A stretch of DNA of 64,000 nucleotides from Deltaproteobacteria bacterium (GTDB taxonomy: Bacteria > UBA10199 > SPLOWO2-01-44-7), in contig JAHFSU010000007.1 in NCBI GenBank assembly GCA_023265595.1, positions 1,440-65,439 of the forward strand. Reading direction: 5' to 3'. Below are positions 27,658 to 37,756 of the stretch, piece after piece. Position 1 is the stretch's first letter. Every line of letters starts with the position of its first letter. Position numbers and translations under genes: made by a program. The notes under the pieces are model-generated. The model worked only from the letters and a program-made list of their open reading frames with translations. It ran no database searches and was not told where the DNA came from.

Positions 27658-28254
27658 CTACTTCTTCCCGATTACAAAATCGTTGATCACTTCATCTTCT
27701 CCCACCACAAGATGCGTTCCCAAAAGATGGCCCTTTGAGGTCAACGTGGCCTTGTTCACACTAATGGTATCGCCCGAAATATCTCCCAAAACCGTCGATT
27801 GAAAAACAAGGATATCTTCTCCACGGATTTTTACATTTCTTCCGAGAACGGCTTCTTCCAGATGGATTTTTCCCTCGACAACGCTTCCGGAACGGATCCG
27901 GCTATTGGCAATGCGCAAATCCCCTTTCAAAATCACACCGCTCGCAATGGCGGTATCCCCCCGAATCTCGATTCGCGATTTTTTATGGAGCGTATCGACA
28001 ATGACACCGGGGGCGATGGCGGCATTTTCCTCCACAAAAATATTAGCCCCGCGAAACAAAACCCCCGGATAATAGAATTCCAGACGGGCTTGCGGAACCC
28101 ACGAGACCGGAAATTTTGCAAAAGGCCTCAGCGGCGGACGCACCTCTTCCAGATAAGAATCGGGCAACTCTTCTGACGGCATCCCAACTAACGGCTCCAA
28201 AGGGGGTAAAACCTTTGGCACAACAACCGCAACGGCTTTGATCATTTCTCCCAT
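27658..28254 (-). CDS. beta-helix repeat protein (bactofilin-like?)
   Basis: Repetitive short-period G/V/I pattern in the C-terminal two thirds. AGGAGG SD. A sigma54 promoter lies upstream. Confidence 0.4.
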   Translation of the reverse strand: MGEMIKAVAVVVPKVLPPLEPLVGMPSEELPDSYLEEVRPPLRPFAKFPVSWVPQARLEFYYPGVLFRGANIFVEENAAIAPGVIVDTLHKKSRIEIRGDTAIASGVILKGDLRIANSRIRSGSVVEGKIHLEEAVLGRNVKIRGEDILVFQSTVLGDISGDTISVNKATLTSKGHLLGTHLVVGEDEVINDFVIGKK

Positions 28255-28309
28255 AAAATCCTCCTTACCCGCCTTGTTGTAGTGGCGGGCTCTTTTGTCC
28301 GCCTAAATT

Positions 28310-28324
28310 GCAAAGGTCGTGCCA
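28310..28324 (-). promoter_or_regulatory. sigma54 core promoter (TGGCAC-gacct-TTGC on the minus strand)
   Basis: The plus strand reads gcaaaggtcgtgcca. About 55 nt upstream of the ATG at 28254. Confidence 0.55.
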
Positions 28325-28396
28325 AAAGATTTCGGTAGAATTTTGATCTGATCTTCGATAAGTCATCCGGGCCGACGAAAATCGGACAAGGCTTGC

Positions 28397-29176
28397 ATGA
28401 AAAACGTACAATCGATCACAAAGGGTGTAATACCCGCAGCCGGTTTGGGGAAACGGTTTTGGCCGGTCACCAAAATTATTCCCAAAGAACTCCTTCCTAT
28501 TGTTACAAAACCGTCCATTCATATGGTTTTGGAAGAGGCAAACCATTCCGGTTTAAAGGATATTGTTTTAATCGTGGCCCTGGCGAAAAAATCTTTTTTT
28601 GATCATCTTCATGATTTTTTCCCGCAAATGAATTTTCACTTTGTCGAACAAAGAGAGCCGTTCGGTTTGGGACACGCCGTCGGTTTGGCGGAAAAAAAAG
28701 TCGAAGAGGAACCGTTTGTCGTATTGCTGCCGGACGTCATCATAGATCATGAAACGACCGTTACCCAACAGTTGATTCAAAATTTCCAAACAATACAAAA
28801 ATCGGTGTGCGCGGCGGAAAGGGTTCCTAAGGAGAAAGTGCATCTGTACGGCGTCTACGATATCGCCTCTTCGGAGGGAAAGCTGCACAAAGCTAAAGGG
28901 GTTATTGAAAAACCGAATGCCGAAAAGGCCCCGTCTGATTTGGGCGTGGCCGGACGCTATCTTTTCACTCCCGATATTTTCCCGCTCCTCACAGATACCA
29001 AGCCCGGATACGGCGGTGAAATCCAGCTTGCCGATGCGATGAATATTTTGGCAAAAAGAGAAGCTCTCTATGCCTATGAGTTTGAAGGAAGGCATTTCGA
29101 CATCGGCCACCCACAGGGTTTTATTCAAGCCATCGATTATTACGGAAAAAAGGAATATGGAAACGGTCTGGATTAA
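28397..29176 (+). CDS. galU: UTP--glucose-1-phosphate uridylyltransferase
   Basis: KGVIPAAGLGKRFWPVTKIIPKELLPIV and VGAGRYLFTP-like motifs. Confidence 0.85.
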   Translation: MKNVQSITKGVIPAAGLGKRFWPVTKIIPKELLPIVTKPSIHMVLEEANHSGLKDIVLIVALAKKSFFDHLHDFFPQMNFHFVEQREPFGLGHAVGLAEKKVEEEPFVVLLPDVIIDHETTVTQQLIQNFQTIQKSVCAAERVPKEKVHLYGVYDIASSEGKLHKAKGVIEKPNAEKAPSDLGVAGRYLFTPDIFPLLTDTKPGYGGEIQLADAMNILAKREALYAYEFEGRHFDIGHPQGFIQAIDYYGKKEYGNGLD

Positions 29177-30422
29177 AGATCTCCCACAACACGTCGGCAA
29201 AAAAGTGGTGATACGGGGATGGGTTTACAATTTGCGTTCTTCCGGAAAGATCTCTTTCCTGCAAATTCGCGATGGGAGCGGTTTTTGTCAGGCCGTCGTA
29301 AGCCAGCCGGTTCCGAAAATCACGCTGGAAACATCGGTGATTTTAACCGGCACCGTTTCAAAGCATCCGAAAAAAGAGGAATATGAGTTGCAGGTTGAAG
29401 ATTTAAAAATCGTGCAACTCGCCGAAGAGTATCCCATCGGCAAAAAAGAGCATGGCCCCGATTTTTTGCTCGACCAACGTCACTTATGGTTGCGCACCCC
29501 AAAACAATGGGCCATCCAAAAAATCCGTAATACCATCTGTTACGCCACTTATGAATGGATGGAGAAAAATAATTTCACACGGATTGACGCCCCCATTTTG
29601 ACACCGGCCGCCTGCGAAGGAACGACGACCCTTTTTGAAGTCCCTTATTTTGATTTGGGCAAGGCCTTTCTTTCGCAATCGGGCCAACTCTATATTGAAG
29701 CGGCCATCTATGCCCATGGCCGCTGCTACGATTTCGGCCCGGTTTTTCGGGCCGAAAAAAGTAAAACGCGCCGCCACCTGACCGAGTTCTGGATGATGGA
29801 TGCCGAAATGGCCTTTGTGGAGCACGACGAAAATTTGAAAATTCAGGAAGAGCTGATCAGTTTCATCGTCCGGAAAGTCTTGGAGAAAAATCAGATAGAA
29901 CTCAAAATTTTAGAGAGAGATATGGAGCCGCTCAAAAAAATCACGCCTCCTTTTTATCGTCTGACCCACGCGGAGGTCGTCAAAAAAATTCGTGAAATGG
30001 GCGGTGATATGAAAGCAGACGATGATTTGGGGGGAGATGAAGAAACCCTTTTGTCGAAGGCCTTCGACAAACCGATCTTTGTCGAAAAATATCCGGCGGC
30101 GGTCAAAGCCTTTTACATGAAGCGCGACCCGCAAAACCCCAATCTTGCTCTGTGCGCTGATCTGATTGCCCCCGAAGGCTTTGGGGAAATTATCGGCGGG
30201 AGTCAGCGCGAAGAAAATATCGAAGTATTGTTGGATCGCCTTGCGGAGCACCGTTTGCCGAGGGAATCCTTCGAATGGTATCTTGATTTGAGAAAATACG
30301 GGAGCGTCCCCCACTCCGGCTTCGGTTTCGGTCTGGAGAGACTTACCGGCTGGATTTGCAAGCTGGAGCATGTGCGGGAAGCCATCCCTTTCCCAAGAAT
30401 GATCTATCGTCTCACACCTTAA
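29157..30422 (+). CDS. asnS: asparagine--tRNA ligase
   Basis: OB-fold N-terminus, then class II motifs FRAEKSKTRRHLTEFWMMDAEMAF and GFGFGLERL. Start set at the ATG at 29157. Confidence 0.9.
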   Translation: METVWIKDLPQHVGKKVVIRGWVYNLRSSGKISFLQIRDGSGFCQAVVSQPVPKITLETSVILTGTVSKHPKKEEYELQVEDLKIVQLAEEYPIGKKEHGPDFLLDQRHLWLRTPKQWAIQKIRNTICYATYEWMEKNNFTRIDAPILTPAACEGTTTLFEVPYFDLGKAFLSQSGQLYIEAAIYAHGRCYDFGPVFRAEKSKTRRHLTEFWMMDAEMAFVEHDENLKIQEELISFIVRKVLEKNQIELKILERDMEPLKKITPPFYRLTHAEVVKKIREMGGDMKADDDLGGDEETLLSKAFDKPIFVEKYPAAVKAFYMKRDPQNPNLALCADLIAPEGFGEIIGGSQREENIEVLLDRLAEHRLPRESFEWYLDLRKYGSVPHSGFGFGLERLTGWICKLEHVREAIPFPRMIYRLTP

Positions 30423-30424
30423 AA

Positions 30425-31339
30425 ATGCAAAAGCTGGAACACATTTTGGAATGCGCCTCAACAGAACGGACGATTGGCGATAACTATCGCGCAAAAGAAA
30501 AACAAAAACTGACTTGGTGCCTGTGGATCACCGGGCTCACCATGCTCTTGGAGCTCTTTGGCGGATTATGGACCCATTCGCTCGCCCTTTTGTCCGATGC
30601 CGCCCACATGTTTTCCCATCTCTTTTCTTTGGGGGCGAGCTTCATCGCCATTTGGATTGCAACGCGGGAAGCGGATGAGACAAGGAGCTACGGATTTTAT
30701 CGGGCCGAAATTTTGGCGGCCCTTTTGAATGGAGTCACGCTATTTGTCATCGTCCTCTGGATTTTTTACGACGCCGTGTTGCGTTTTTTCAATCCCCAAC
30801 CGATTGCCACCCTTGAGATGCTCACCATTGCGGTCATCGGGTTGGTGGTCAATCTTTTTTCGGCCTATCTTTTGCGCGGGGTGTGTGGAAAAGACCTGAA
30901 TCTTAAAAGCGCCTTTATGCATATGTTGGCCGACACTCTTTCTTCTGTCGGAATTATTGCCGCCGGCATTTTGATTCATTTCACCGGAAAATTATGGTTA
31001 GACCCTTTGGCCAGCATTTTAATCGCGGCGATGATCTTGAGATGGTCTTTACAGCTGACAAAGGATGCCGTGCATATTCTTTTGGAATCGACACCGAAAC
31101 ATCTTAAAAAAGAAGAGGTCATCGAGGCGATTCAGCGGGAGGTTCCGGAAATCCATCACATCCATCATATTCATATGTGGGAGCTCACCTCGCACCTTTG
31201 TGCTTTTACCGCCCATGTTGAAATCGATGATATTTCGATCAGTCAATCAGAGACTCTCCGTAAACGGATCAACAACGTCTTGCGCGAGCATTTTCACATC
31301 ACCCACACCAACTTACAGTTTGAGTGTCAAAAAAACTAG
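30425..31339 (+). CDS. cation diffusion facilitator family transporter (CzcD/ZitB-like)
   Basis: HSLALLSDAAHMFSH and HMLADTLSS metal-site motifs. Six TM segments. Confidence 0.85.
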   Translation: MQKLEHILECASTERTIGDNYRAKEKQKLTWCLWITGLTMLLELFGGLWTHSLALLSDAAHMFSHLFSLGASFIAIWIATREADETRSYGFYRAEILAALLNGVTLFVIVLWIFYDAVLRFFNPQPIATLEMLTIAVIGLVVNLFSAYLLRGVCGKDLNLKSAFMHMLADTLSSVGIIAAGILIHFTGKLWLDPLASILIAAMILRWSLQLTKDAVHILLESTPKHLKKEEVIEAIQREVPEIHHIHHIHMWELTSHLCAFTAHVEIDDISISQSETLRKRINNVLREHFHITHTNLQFECQKN

Positions 31340-31450
31340 GGGACGTTCCATCGGATTTTTGACGCTTTTTAGCGCCACCGTCAAAATTTTGGTGGAACGT
31401 CCCCTAGTTTTTTTGACGCCCTGTCAAATTTCTTGGTGGAACGTCCCCTT
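31336..31450. repeat. REP/REPIN cluster (three GGAACGTCCCC units, first one inverted)
   Basis: ctaggggacgttccatcggatttttgacgc ... ggtggaacgtcccctag ... ggtggaacgtcccctt. The first two form a long hairpin. Confidence 0.8.
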
Positions 31451-31557
31451 CCTTGTACAGATTTCGGACAGTGGTGTATCGATTTCGGCAGGCAAGAGTG
31501 CTGCATGCTGATTTAAATGGAACAACCTCTGGCATATTCCTTGCATTTTAACTCAGT

Positions 31558-32178
31558 ATGCCAAGGGGCCCCAGAATTCCGTTGAACCAAGCCGTAGGAC
31601 ACCTGATCTTTAGAGGCAATAACCACCTCCATATCTGCAAAGATGATGAAGATTTTATCGCACTGAAAAATCGGTTGTTGCGATTCCTCCCTTTCTATAA
31701 GATCGACGTTTACCACTACGGCTTTATGCACACTCATCTCCACCTCTTGGCCTTCATCCATGATGCCGTTGCGCTGGCCCATTCAGTAAAGGCATGGCAA
31801 ATCTCCTATTTTCATTATTTTAAGAAGAAATACGGCTATGACGGCCATTTATGGCATGGCCGTTACAGGGGTATTCCGATCCTTGAAGAGGTCCATTTTT
31901 TACAATGTGGCAGATATATTGAAATCAATCCTCTGGAGGCAGGATTGGTCAAAGACCCAAAAGATTATCCTTGGACCAGTTACCATTTCTACGCTGAAGG
32001 GGCAACCGACCCTCTTGTGACACCTAACCCCCAATATCTGGATTGGGGTTCTAATCCTAAGGAAAGACAAGAAAAATATAGAAAATTCATAATGTTAGAT
32101 TCAATATTCGATTCCAATCAAAGTAAAAGCGTCAAAAATCCGATGGAACGTCCCCTCGGTTTTTTGACGGTGGTGTAA
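31558..32178 (+). CDS. REP-associated tyrosine transposase (RAYT, IS200/IS605 Y1 family)
   Basis: HUH motif MHTHLHLL, then WHGRYRG and YIEINPLEAGLVKDPKDYPWTSY. Flanked by REP units. Confidence 0.8.
   Translation: MPRGPRIPLNQAVGHLIFRGNNHLHICKDDEDFIALKNRLLRFLPFYKIDVYHYGFMHTHLHLLAFIHDAVALAHSVKAWQISYFHYFKKKYGYDGHLWHGRYRGIPILEEVHFLQCGRYIEINPLEAGLVKDPKDYPWTSYHFYAEGATDPLVTPNPQYLDWGSNPKERQEKYRKFIMLDSIFDSNQSKSVKNPMERPLGFLTVV
32129..32175. repeat. REP unit at the 3-prime end of the RAYT gene
   Basis: gcgtcaaaaatccgatggaacgtcccctcggttttttgacgg is an inverted match to 31336-31365. Confidence 0.8.
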
Positions 32179-32243
32179 GAAATTATTGCCAACTAGCAAC
32201 TTTCGACTCTATCCTGCCGAAAATTATTTTGGAGGAACTTTTT

Positions 32244-32720
32244 ATGGCCGAACCGATTGTAAATCAAACAGCCCCCGCAACACCAAAATGTGTTACACCT
32301 GCAGAACAAAACGGCACAAAGCCAAAGGGGACAGAACTTCCCAAAAAAGGCTCTCAAATTTCCTTTACTGTCCCTATTCGTATTGTAGAAGATTATTCAC
32401 CGGCCAAAATGTTGAGAGTTGCTTTGGAAAGAGGGACATTGGGTGTTGCAGACAAACTAAACAAACTTCCCCATAAAGTGGAATCGACCCTTTGCGGGAT
32501 TTCCGGAACGGTTATCGATGTCAAACCGATGTCGGGAAATAACACATTTGTCGTCACCATAAAGCCCGACAGTCCCGGTCCTTTTTTCGATTCTTTTCTC
32601 GATTCCGGCGTCCAGGTTGAAGGTAAATGGATGACAATTAATTCAAATCCCGCTGAAGGAACTTTAAATGTGGTCGGCACACCGGAAGAGATTGGCACGC
32701 TTTTGGAAAGTGCTAATTAA
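32244..32720 (+). CDS. hypothetical protein
   Basis: A GGAGG SD lies 8 nt before the ATG at 32244. No family recognised. Confidence 0.5.
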   Translation: MAEPIVNQTAPATPKCVTPAEQNGTKPKGTELPKKGSQISFTVPIRIVEDYSPAKMLRVALERGTLGVADKLNKLPHKVESTLCGISGTVIDVKPMSGNNTFVVTIKPDSPGPFFDSFLDSGVQVEGKWMTINSNPAEGTLNVVGTPEEIGTLLESAN

Positions 32721-33448
32721 TCGCGCGACCGTCCGCCACCCAAAAGGCCGGAGCGTAAAAGAAAATATAAAAGATTGAGCAACGCCGCGGCCGCGGCAGC
32801 CACGTAGGTTAACGCGGCGGCATCCAAAACGCCGGCGACTCCTTTGGCATCGTGGGGAGAAATCAAAGAATATTCGGCCAATAATTTTTTGGCCCTGCGG
32901 GAAGCATCAAACTCCACCGGCAACGTCACCAATTGAAAAAAGACCGCTATCGCAAAAAGAATAATCCCCACTTTTACCATCGCCATCGCGTGCATAAAAA
33001 ATCCGATCATTAAAAAGAAATAGGCCATGTTGCTTCCGAAAGCGGCGGCCGGCGCAATCACATTGCGGAGTTTGAATGGGGCGTAGGCCCGTGCATGCTG
33101 AATCGCATGGCCCACTTCATGCGCCGCAATTGCAACGGCGGCTTGAGAGGTCCCCTGATAAACTTGCGGGGAGAGTCTCACCGTTTTAATGCGAGGGTCA
33201 TAATGATCATCCAAAATGCCATCGCCCCCCATCCCTAAAAATTGGTGGGAGCGGGTCGGTTCCACCTTCACATCGACAATCCCTTGCGCCTCCAAAATCT
33301 TCGCCGCAATTTGGGCCCCCGTAAAACCGCCATAGGCCGGCAATTTGGAATATTTGGCAAAGGCCCATTTGACTTTGCCGGTAGCCCACAAAGAAAAGGC
33401 CAAGCCCACCAGCGTGATCATCATATATAATGGATCAAAATAAAACAT
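32717..33448 (-). CDS. YugP-like neutral zinc metallopeptidase (PF04298-like)
   Basis: MFYFDPLYMM..., HEVGHAIQ zinc motif and membrane-embedded C-terminus. Start set at the internal ATG at 33448. Confidence 0.8.
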   Translation of the reverse strand: MFYFDPLYMMITLVGLAFSLWATGKVKWAFAKYSKLPAYGGFTGAQIAAKILEAQGIVDVKVEPTRSHQFLGMGGDGILDDHYDPRIKTVRLSPQVYQGTSQAAVAIAAHEVGHAIQHARAYAPFKLRNVIAPAAAFGSNMAYFFLMIGFFMHAMAMVKVGIILFAIAVFFQLVTLPVEFDASRRAKKLLAEYSLISPHDAKGVAGVLDAAALTYVAAAAAALLNLLYFLLRSGLLGGGRSRD

Positions 33449-33476
33449 GCTGTTATAGATAATCGCCTTGTACTTT

Positions 33477-34160
33477 ATGTCAAGTAAATCTCCATCTATT
33501 AAAATAGTTTTCGAAGACGATTTTATCTTGGCCATCGATAAACCGGCAGGGATCCCCTCTTGCATCCTTCGACAGGCTCAGGATGATCGGGAAAGTGTAG
33601 AAAAATGGCTTCAAAAAAAATACCCCAATGTAAAATTAGTCCATCGGCTCGATAATGAGACTTCCGGTATTTTGATTGCCGCCAAAACCGACACGGCTTT
33701 TGAAACGCTCCGGGCCATTTGGAAAACGCCGCAAGTCACCAAAAAATATACGGCACTTGTTTTGGGAAAAACTTGCGCCTTGGGCAAAATCACCACACCG
33801 ATTGCACACCATCCGCGAAAAAAAAAGAAGATGATGATGGGGGGTAAAAAAGCGAGACCGACCCACACCGAATTCAAAACGATTAAATATTTCAAAAATT
33901 ATTCTTTACTCGAAGTCAAAATCACCACGGGCGTGCGTCATCAAATTCGGATCCACTTGGCCTCTATCGGACACCCCCTTGCCGGAGACCAGCTCTATCA
34001 AAAGGCCAAAGCGCGGGATCGCGACAGACTTAACCTCAACGGACATTTTTTACATCTCTCCACAATAGAGTTTCCTCATCCTGAAACGGGGGAAATGATT
34101 TCTTTGAATTCCCCCCTTCCAAAAGATCTCGAAATCGTATTAGATTCTTTTTTAAAATAA
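33477..34160 (+). CDS. RluA-family pseudouridine synthase
   Basis: ILAIDKPAGIPS and VHRLDNETSGILIAAKT catalytic Asp motif. Carries a short repeat-derived segment (LRQAQDDR, 33566-33590). Confidence 0.85.
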   Translation: MSSKSPSIKIVFEDDFILAIDKPAGIPSCILRQAQDDRESVEKWLQKKYPNVKLVHRLDNETSGILIAAKTDTAFETLRAIWKTPQVTKKYTALVLGKTCALGKITTPIAHHPRKKKKMMMGGKKARPTHTEFKTIKYFKNYSLLEVKITTGVRHQIRIHLASIGHPLAGDQLYQKAKARDRDRLNLNGHFLHLSTIEFPHPETGEMISLNSPLPKDLEIVLDSFLK

Positions 34161-34170
34161 GATTCAAATT

Positions 34171-35151
34171 ATGAAGGCCATTGTTATCACAAAACCGGGT
34201 GGGCCAGAGGTTTTGCAACTGCAAGAGGTGGAAGAGCCCAAAACAAAACCGGATGAAATTTTGGTAAAGGTTTATGCCGCTGGTTTGAACCGCGGCGAAT
34301 TAGCACAACGTCAAGGTCTCTACCCTGCCCCTCCCGGCACCCGAAACGATATCCCCGGCTTGGAATTTAGCGGTATTGTCGAAGCAACCGGTCCCGACAC
34401 CTCTCTTTATAAAAAGGGGGATCGCGTGATGGGCATTTTACCCGGCTGCGGTTATGCCGAGAAAATTGTTACACCGGAAAAAATGGCGATGCCCATTCCG
34501 AAAAATTTCTCTTTTGACGAAGCGGCGGCCATCCCGGAAGTTTTTTTGACCGCCTATGACGCTTTGGAAAATCGTTTACATCTCAAAAAAGGCGAAAAAA
34601 TTTTGATCCATGCCGTGGGGAGCAGCGTAGGATTGGCGGCCCTACAATTGGCAAAACTTGCAGGGACTTTTGTTTTTGCCACGGGGAGTCGCGAAAAAAT
34701 CGAAAAGGCCATGAAACGGGGCTGTGATGTCGGCATCGATTATCAATCAAAAGATTTTGCGGCGGCTATTTTAGAAGCAACACAAAATAGAGGCGTTGAA
34801 GCTATTCTCGATTTTATCGGCGCTTCTTATTTTGAAAAAAATATTGCGGCTCTTGCCATACAGGGAAGAATGGTACTAGTAGGACTTTTGGGAGGGACAG
34901 AAGCCAAGATGGATTTAAGAACCATGATGAACAAACGATTAACCCTTGTCGGTACAGTGCTTCGCAGCCGCTCCATCAAAGAAAAAATTGCCCTGACGCA
35001 GGATTTTCAGAAAAAGATTCTCCCCCTTTTTGAAAAAGGGGATATAAAGCCGATTATCGACACGATTTTTAATTTTAAAGAAACAGCAAAAGCCCACGCT
35101 TATATGGAATCGAACAAAAACTTTGGAAAAATTATTCTGAGGATTCAATAA
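34171..35151 (+). CDS. NAD(P)H:quinone oxidoreductase (MDR/zeta-crystallin family)
   Basis: MKAIVITKPGGPEVLQLQEV... and AVGSSVG nucleotide-binding motif. Confidence 0.8.
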   Translation: MKAIVITKPGGPEVLQLQEVEEPKTKPDEILVKVYAAGLNRGELAQRQGLYPAPPGTRNDIPGLEFSGIVEATGPDTSLYKKGDRVMGILPGCGYAEKIVTPEKMAMPIPKNFSFDEAAAIPEVFLTAYDALENRLHLKKGEKILIHAVGSSVGLAALQLAKLAGTFVFATGSREKIEKAMKRGCDVGIDYQSKDFAAAILEATQNRGVEAILDFIGASYFEKNIAALAIQGRMVLVGLLGGTEAKMDLRTMMNKRLTLVGTVLRSRSIKEKIALTQDFQKKILPLFEKGDIKPIIDTIFNFKETAKAHAYMESNKNFGKIILRIQ

Positions 35152-35152
35152 A

Positions 35153-36310
35153 ATGCTAAGTCTTATTTTGTCGGCCATTGTTGTTTTGATCTCTTTCGAC
35201 GGTTTGAAACCGTCCCAAGTCACACCCGAGATAGCGCCTCTTTTTTATGCCCTCAAGCAAAATGGGGTCGACGCGGCCTACATGGAACCTAGCTTTCCCG
35301 CTTCCACATTCATTAATCATGCTTCACTGATAACCGGCTGTACGACGGAAGAACACGGGATTGTGAGCAATGCCTTCATCGATTCTAAAGAGGGAGAGTT
35401 TCGCATGAGCAATGATGCCAAATGGCAAGAGTGTGAACCGCTCTGGGCCGCAGCCAGCCGGCAAAAAATCAAAAATGCGAGTTACGTCTGGCCGATGACG
35501 AGTGGCGACTGGCATGGCATCAAGCCGACTTATGCCGTAGAAACACCGACCGAAAGAAAAAAGGCCGATCGTTTTTTCAGACACTTTGATAACAAAAAAG
35601 AATGGGGTCAAATTTTGGATTGGCTGAAACTGCCGGAGGAAAAACGGCCGCAACTCATCCTCGGTTATTTCCCCGATGTCGATGGCGCCGGCCACCGTTT
35701 TGGGCCCGAGGCGCCACAAACATTAAACGTCGTCAAAAAATACGACCGCCAATTTGCACAATTTTTAAAAGCGGCGCAAAAATTACCTTATTATAATGAA
35801 ATAGATTTTGTAATTGTCTCCGACCACGGCATGGCCTTGGGGACGAAACCGGTGGATACCGACATTATTTTTGACCCACTTAAAGTGACAACAACCACCT
35901 CTTCGGGAACCTATATTAATTTTTATACTAAAGATGCCCAAGAACTAAATGCCACGAAAAATTTCTTAAAAAAATTCCCTCAATGGCATGTTTATTCTGC
36001 CGATGCGTTTCCAAAACATTGGCATTACAACAATCCAAGAAGCGGCAATCTCGTTTTAACGGTCGACCCACCCTATTATCTTGTCTCTCAGAAAAAACTG
36101 CCGAAGAAAAAAACATTCGGCTACCACGGTTACGATCCCCAATTTCCGGAAATGAGAGCCTTTTTTGCGGCATGGGGCCCCCATTTTAAAAAAACAAACC
36201 TCAAAAATATAAAAAATATCGATGTCGCCCCGACAATCGCCAAAATCCTGAAAATCTCTTTTCAAGACAAACGGAGCGGGAAACCGATTAACTCCATCCT
36301 TTCAAATTGA
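35153..36310 (+). CDS. ectonucleotide pyrophosphatase/phosphodiesterase family protein
   Basis: ISFDGL, PASTFINHASLITG, DVDGAGHRFGP and VSDHGM metal-site motifs. Confidence 0.8.
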   Translation: MLSLILSAIVVLISFDGLKPSQVTPEIAPLFYALKQNGVDAAYMEPSFPASTFINHASLITGCTTEEHGIVSNAFIDSKEGEFRMSNDAKWQECEPLWAAASRQKIKNASYVWPMTSGDWHGIKPTYAVETPTERKKADRFFRHFDNKKEWGQILDWLKLPEEKRPQLILGYFPDVDGAGHRFGPEAPQTLNVVKKYDRQFAQFLKAAQKLPYYNEIDFVIVSDHGMALGTKPVDTDIIFDPLKVTTTTSSGTYINFYTKDAQELNATKNFLKKFPQWHVYSADAFPKHWHYNNPRSGNLVLTVDPPYYLVSQKKLPKKKTFGYHGYDPQFPEMRAFFAAWGPHFKKTNLKNIKNIDVAPTIAKILKISFQDKRSGKPINSILSN

Positions 36311-36406
36311 TAAAATAGTCAAAAGTTTGACGGTGATTTCGTCAAAAAAATGACGATCCCACCCAAAATAAGATGTTAACTCATTGAAAAATATAGAAAA
36401 AACTTT

Positions 36407-36421
36407 TGGCACTCAACTTGC
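36407..36421 (+). promoter_or_regulatory. sigma54 core promoter TGGCAC-tcaac-TTGC
   Basis: Exact consensus 25 nt upstream of the ATG at 36446. Confidence 0.6.
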
Positions 36422-36445
36422 TTGCCTTGTCCCACAGGAGGCTTT

Positions 36446-37078
36446 ATGAAATGTAAAATAATGTTGAGTCTTTTTGCTCTTCTTTTCTGCTTTACCGGTG
36501 AAGAGGCATTTGCCCAGAGAAACGGTTCCTTCAACGCAAACAGAAACGGTCCCCAACGGTTAGCCAACCCGCAAAATATTAGGATTAAAAAACCGATCCT
36601 AGCCCCTATTTTTTCGGAACGGTGTAATGAAGAGGGAAAGGTGGAGTGTGACACCGGCAATAAAAGTTTTAGAAAATGTAAAAACGGGTCTTGGGAAAAC
36701 TGGGTGCGTCTCTCTCCCGAAGAGGCAGAGAATGCTGAAAATTGCTCCCGATATGGCCATGGTGAAGATGGCTGTTGGCCCGGAGCTTGGCTGGGGTGCC
36801 TTATCCGCGATGGCTATGCCAATGTTTGTGACAGCGCGGGAACTCCCAACGGCCGAGTCTCTTTTGAATTTAATCATGAACAAGGCCGCTTTGTTTTAAC
36901 TCCCGAGCAACAACACAACTGCGCCTTGGCCAATCGAGGAGGCTGCTGGCCGGGACAATATCTTTGCAACCTCCGCGACCGTTACTACAACATCTGCGGG
37001 GAAGACGGCCAACAGCAAGTCGGAGGGCACCTTTCCGACAACGGGGTTCTGTACCAAACAAGGTGTCTTGATCGGTAG
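36446..37078 (+). CDS. secreted cysteine-rich hypothetical protein
   Basis: Signal peptide MKCKIMLSLFALLFCFTGEEAFAQ. Repeated CWPG..L(C/G) modules. AGGAGG SD. Confidence 0.6.
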   Translation: MKCKIMLSLFALLFCFTGEEAFAQRNGSFNANRNGPQRLANPQNIRIKKPILAPIFSERCNEEGKVECDTGNKSFRKCKNGSWENWVRLSPEEAENAENCSRYGHGEDGCWPGAWLGCLIRDGYANVCDSAGTPNGRVSFEFNHEQGRFVLTPEQQHNCALANRGGCWPGQYLCNLRDRYYNICGEDGQQQVGGHLSDNGVLYQTRCLDR

Positions 37079-37080
37079 AC

Positions 37081-37701
37081 TTATTGCAAAAGTCCTTCTG
37101 ATTTCATGGCGGCAATGACGGAGGGACGACGAGAAACACGGTCGCAAAAGGCTTTTAGTTTGGTGTATGGCGCCAAATCAATCTTGAAATGCCCCAACCA
37201 ATTGAGCACCACAAAAAGATAAACATCCGCGATGGTAAAGTTATTGCCGACACAATAGTCACCGTCTGAAAATCTTTTTTCAGTAACACCCAGATATTTT
37301 TCCAGCCTTGTTTTTGCCTTTTGGCGAATAGCCTCCAAATGAGATTCGTCATCAGAAAAAACTTTCGGGTTAAAAAGAGGAATAAAAGACTTGTGCAATT
37401 CGGTCCCGACAAAATTGAGCCATTCCAATGCTTTAAATCTTTCTTTTCCCGATGTCGGAAGAAGGGTGTTCGGTTTTTTAGAGACTAAATATTGCAAAAT
37501 GACCGCTCCTTCTGCCAACGGATAGCCCTCATCAGTAATAATGGTGGGGACTTGCCCCATCGGATTCTGTTTTTTCAATTCATCGCGCATGGCGGCATCT
37601 TTCCATCCGAACAGTTTCAGCTCGTAGGGAATTTTTAACTCTTCAAGAACGATATGTGGAGACAACGAGCAAGCCCCAGGAACGGCGTATAGTGTGATCA
37701 T
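37081..37701 (-). CDS. gst: glutathione S-transferase (beta class-like)
   Basis: MITLYAVPGACSLSPHIVLEE resembles the GstA N-terminus. Confidence 0.85.
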   Translation of the reverse strand: MITLYAVPGACSLSPHIVLEELKIPYELKLFGWKDAAMRDELKKQNPMGQVPTIITDEGYPLAEGAVILQYLVSKKPNTLLPTSGKERFKALEWLNFVGTELHKSFIPLFNPKVFSDDESHLEAIRQKAKTRLEKYLGVTEKRFSDGDYCVGNNFTIADVYLFVVLNWLGHFKIDLAPYTKLKAFCDRVSRRPSVIAAMKSEGLLQ

Positions 37702-37756
37702 GGTTTCATATAGATCCCATCATAGACGATTTTGTCAAATGTAATATAATCATGAA

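Noticed and set aside
28268-28297. Hairpin cccgcc-N10-ggcggg + ctctttt as a plus-strand terminator
   Set aside because: No plus-strand gene ends upstream of it. It lies in the 5-prime UTR of the minus-strand beta-helix gene, between the sigma54 promoter and the SD, so a terminator role is unsupported.
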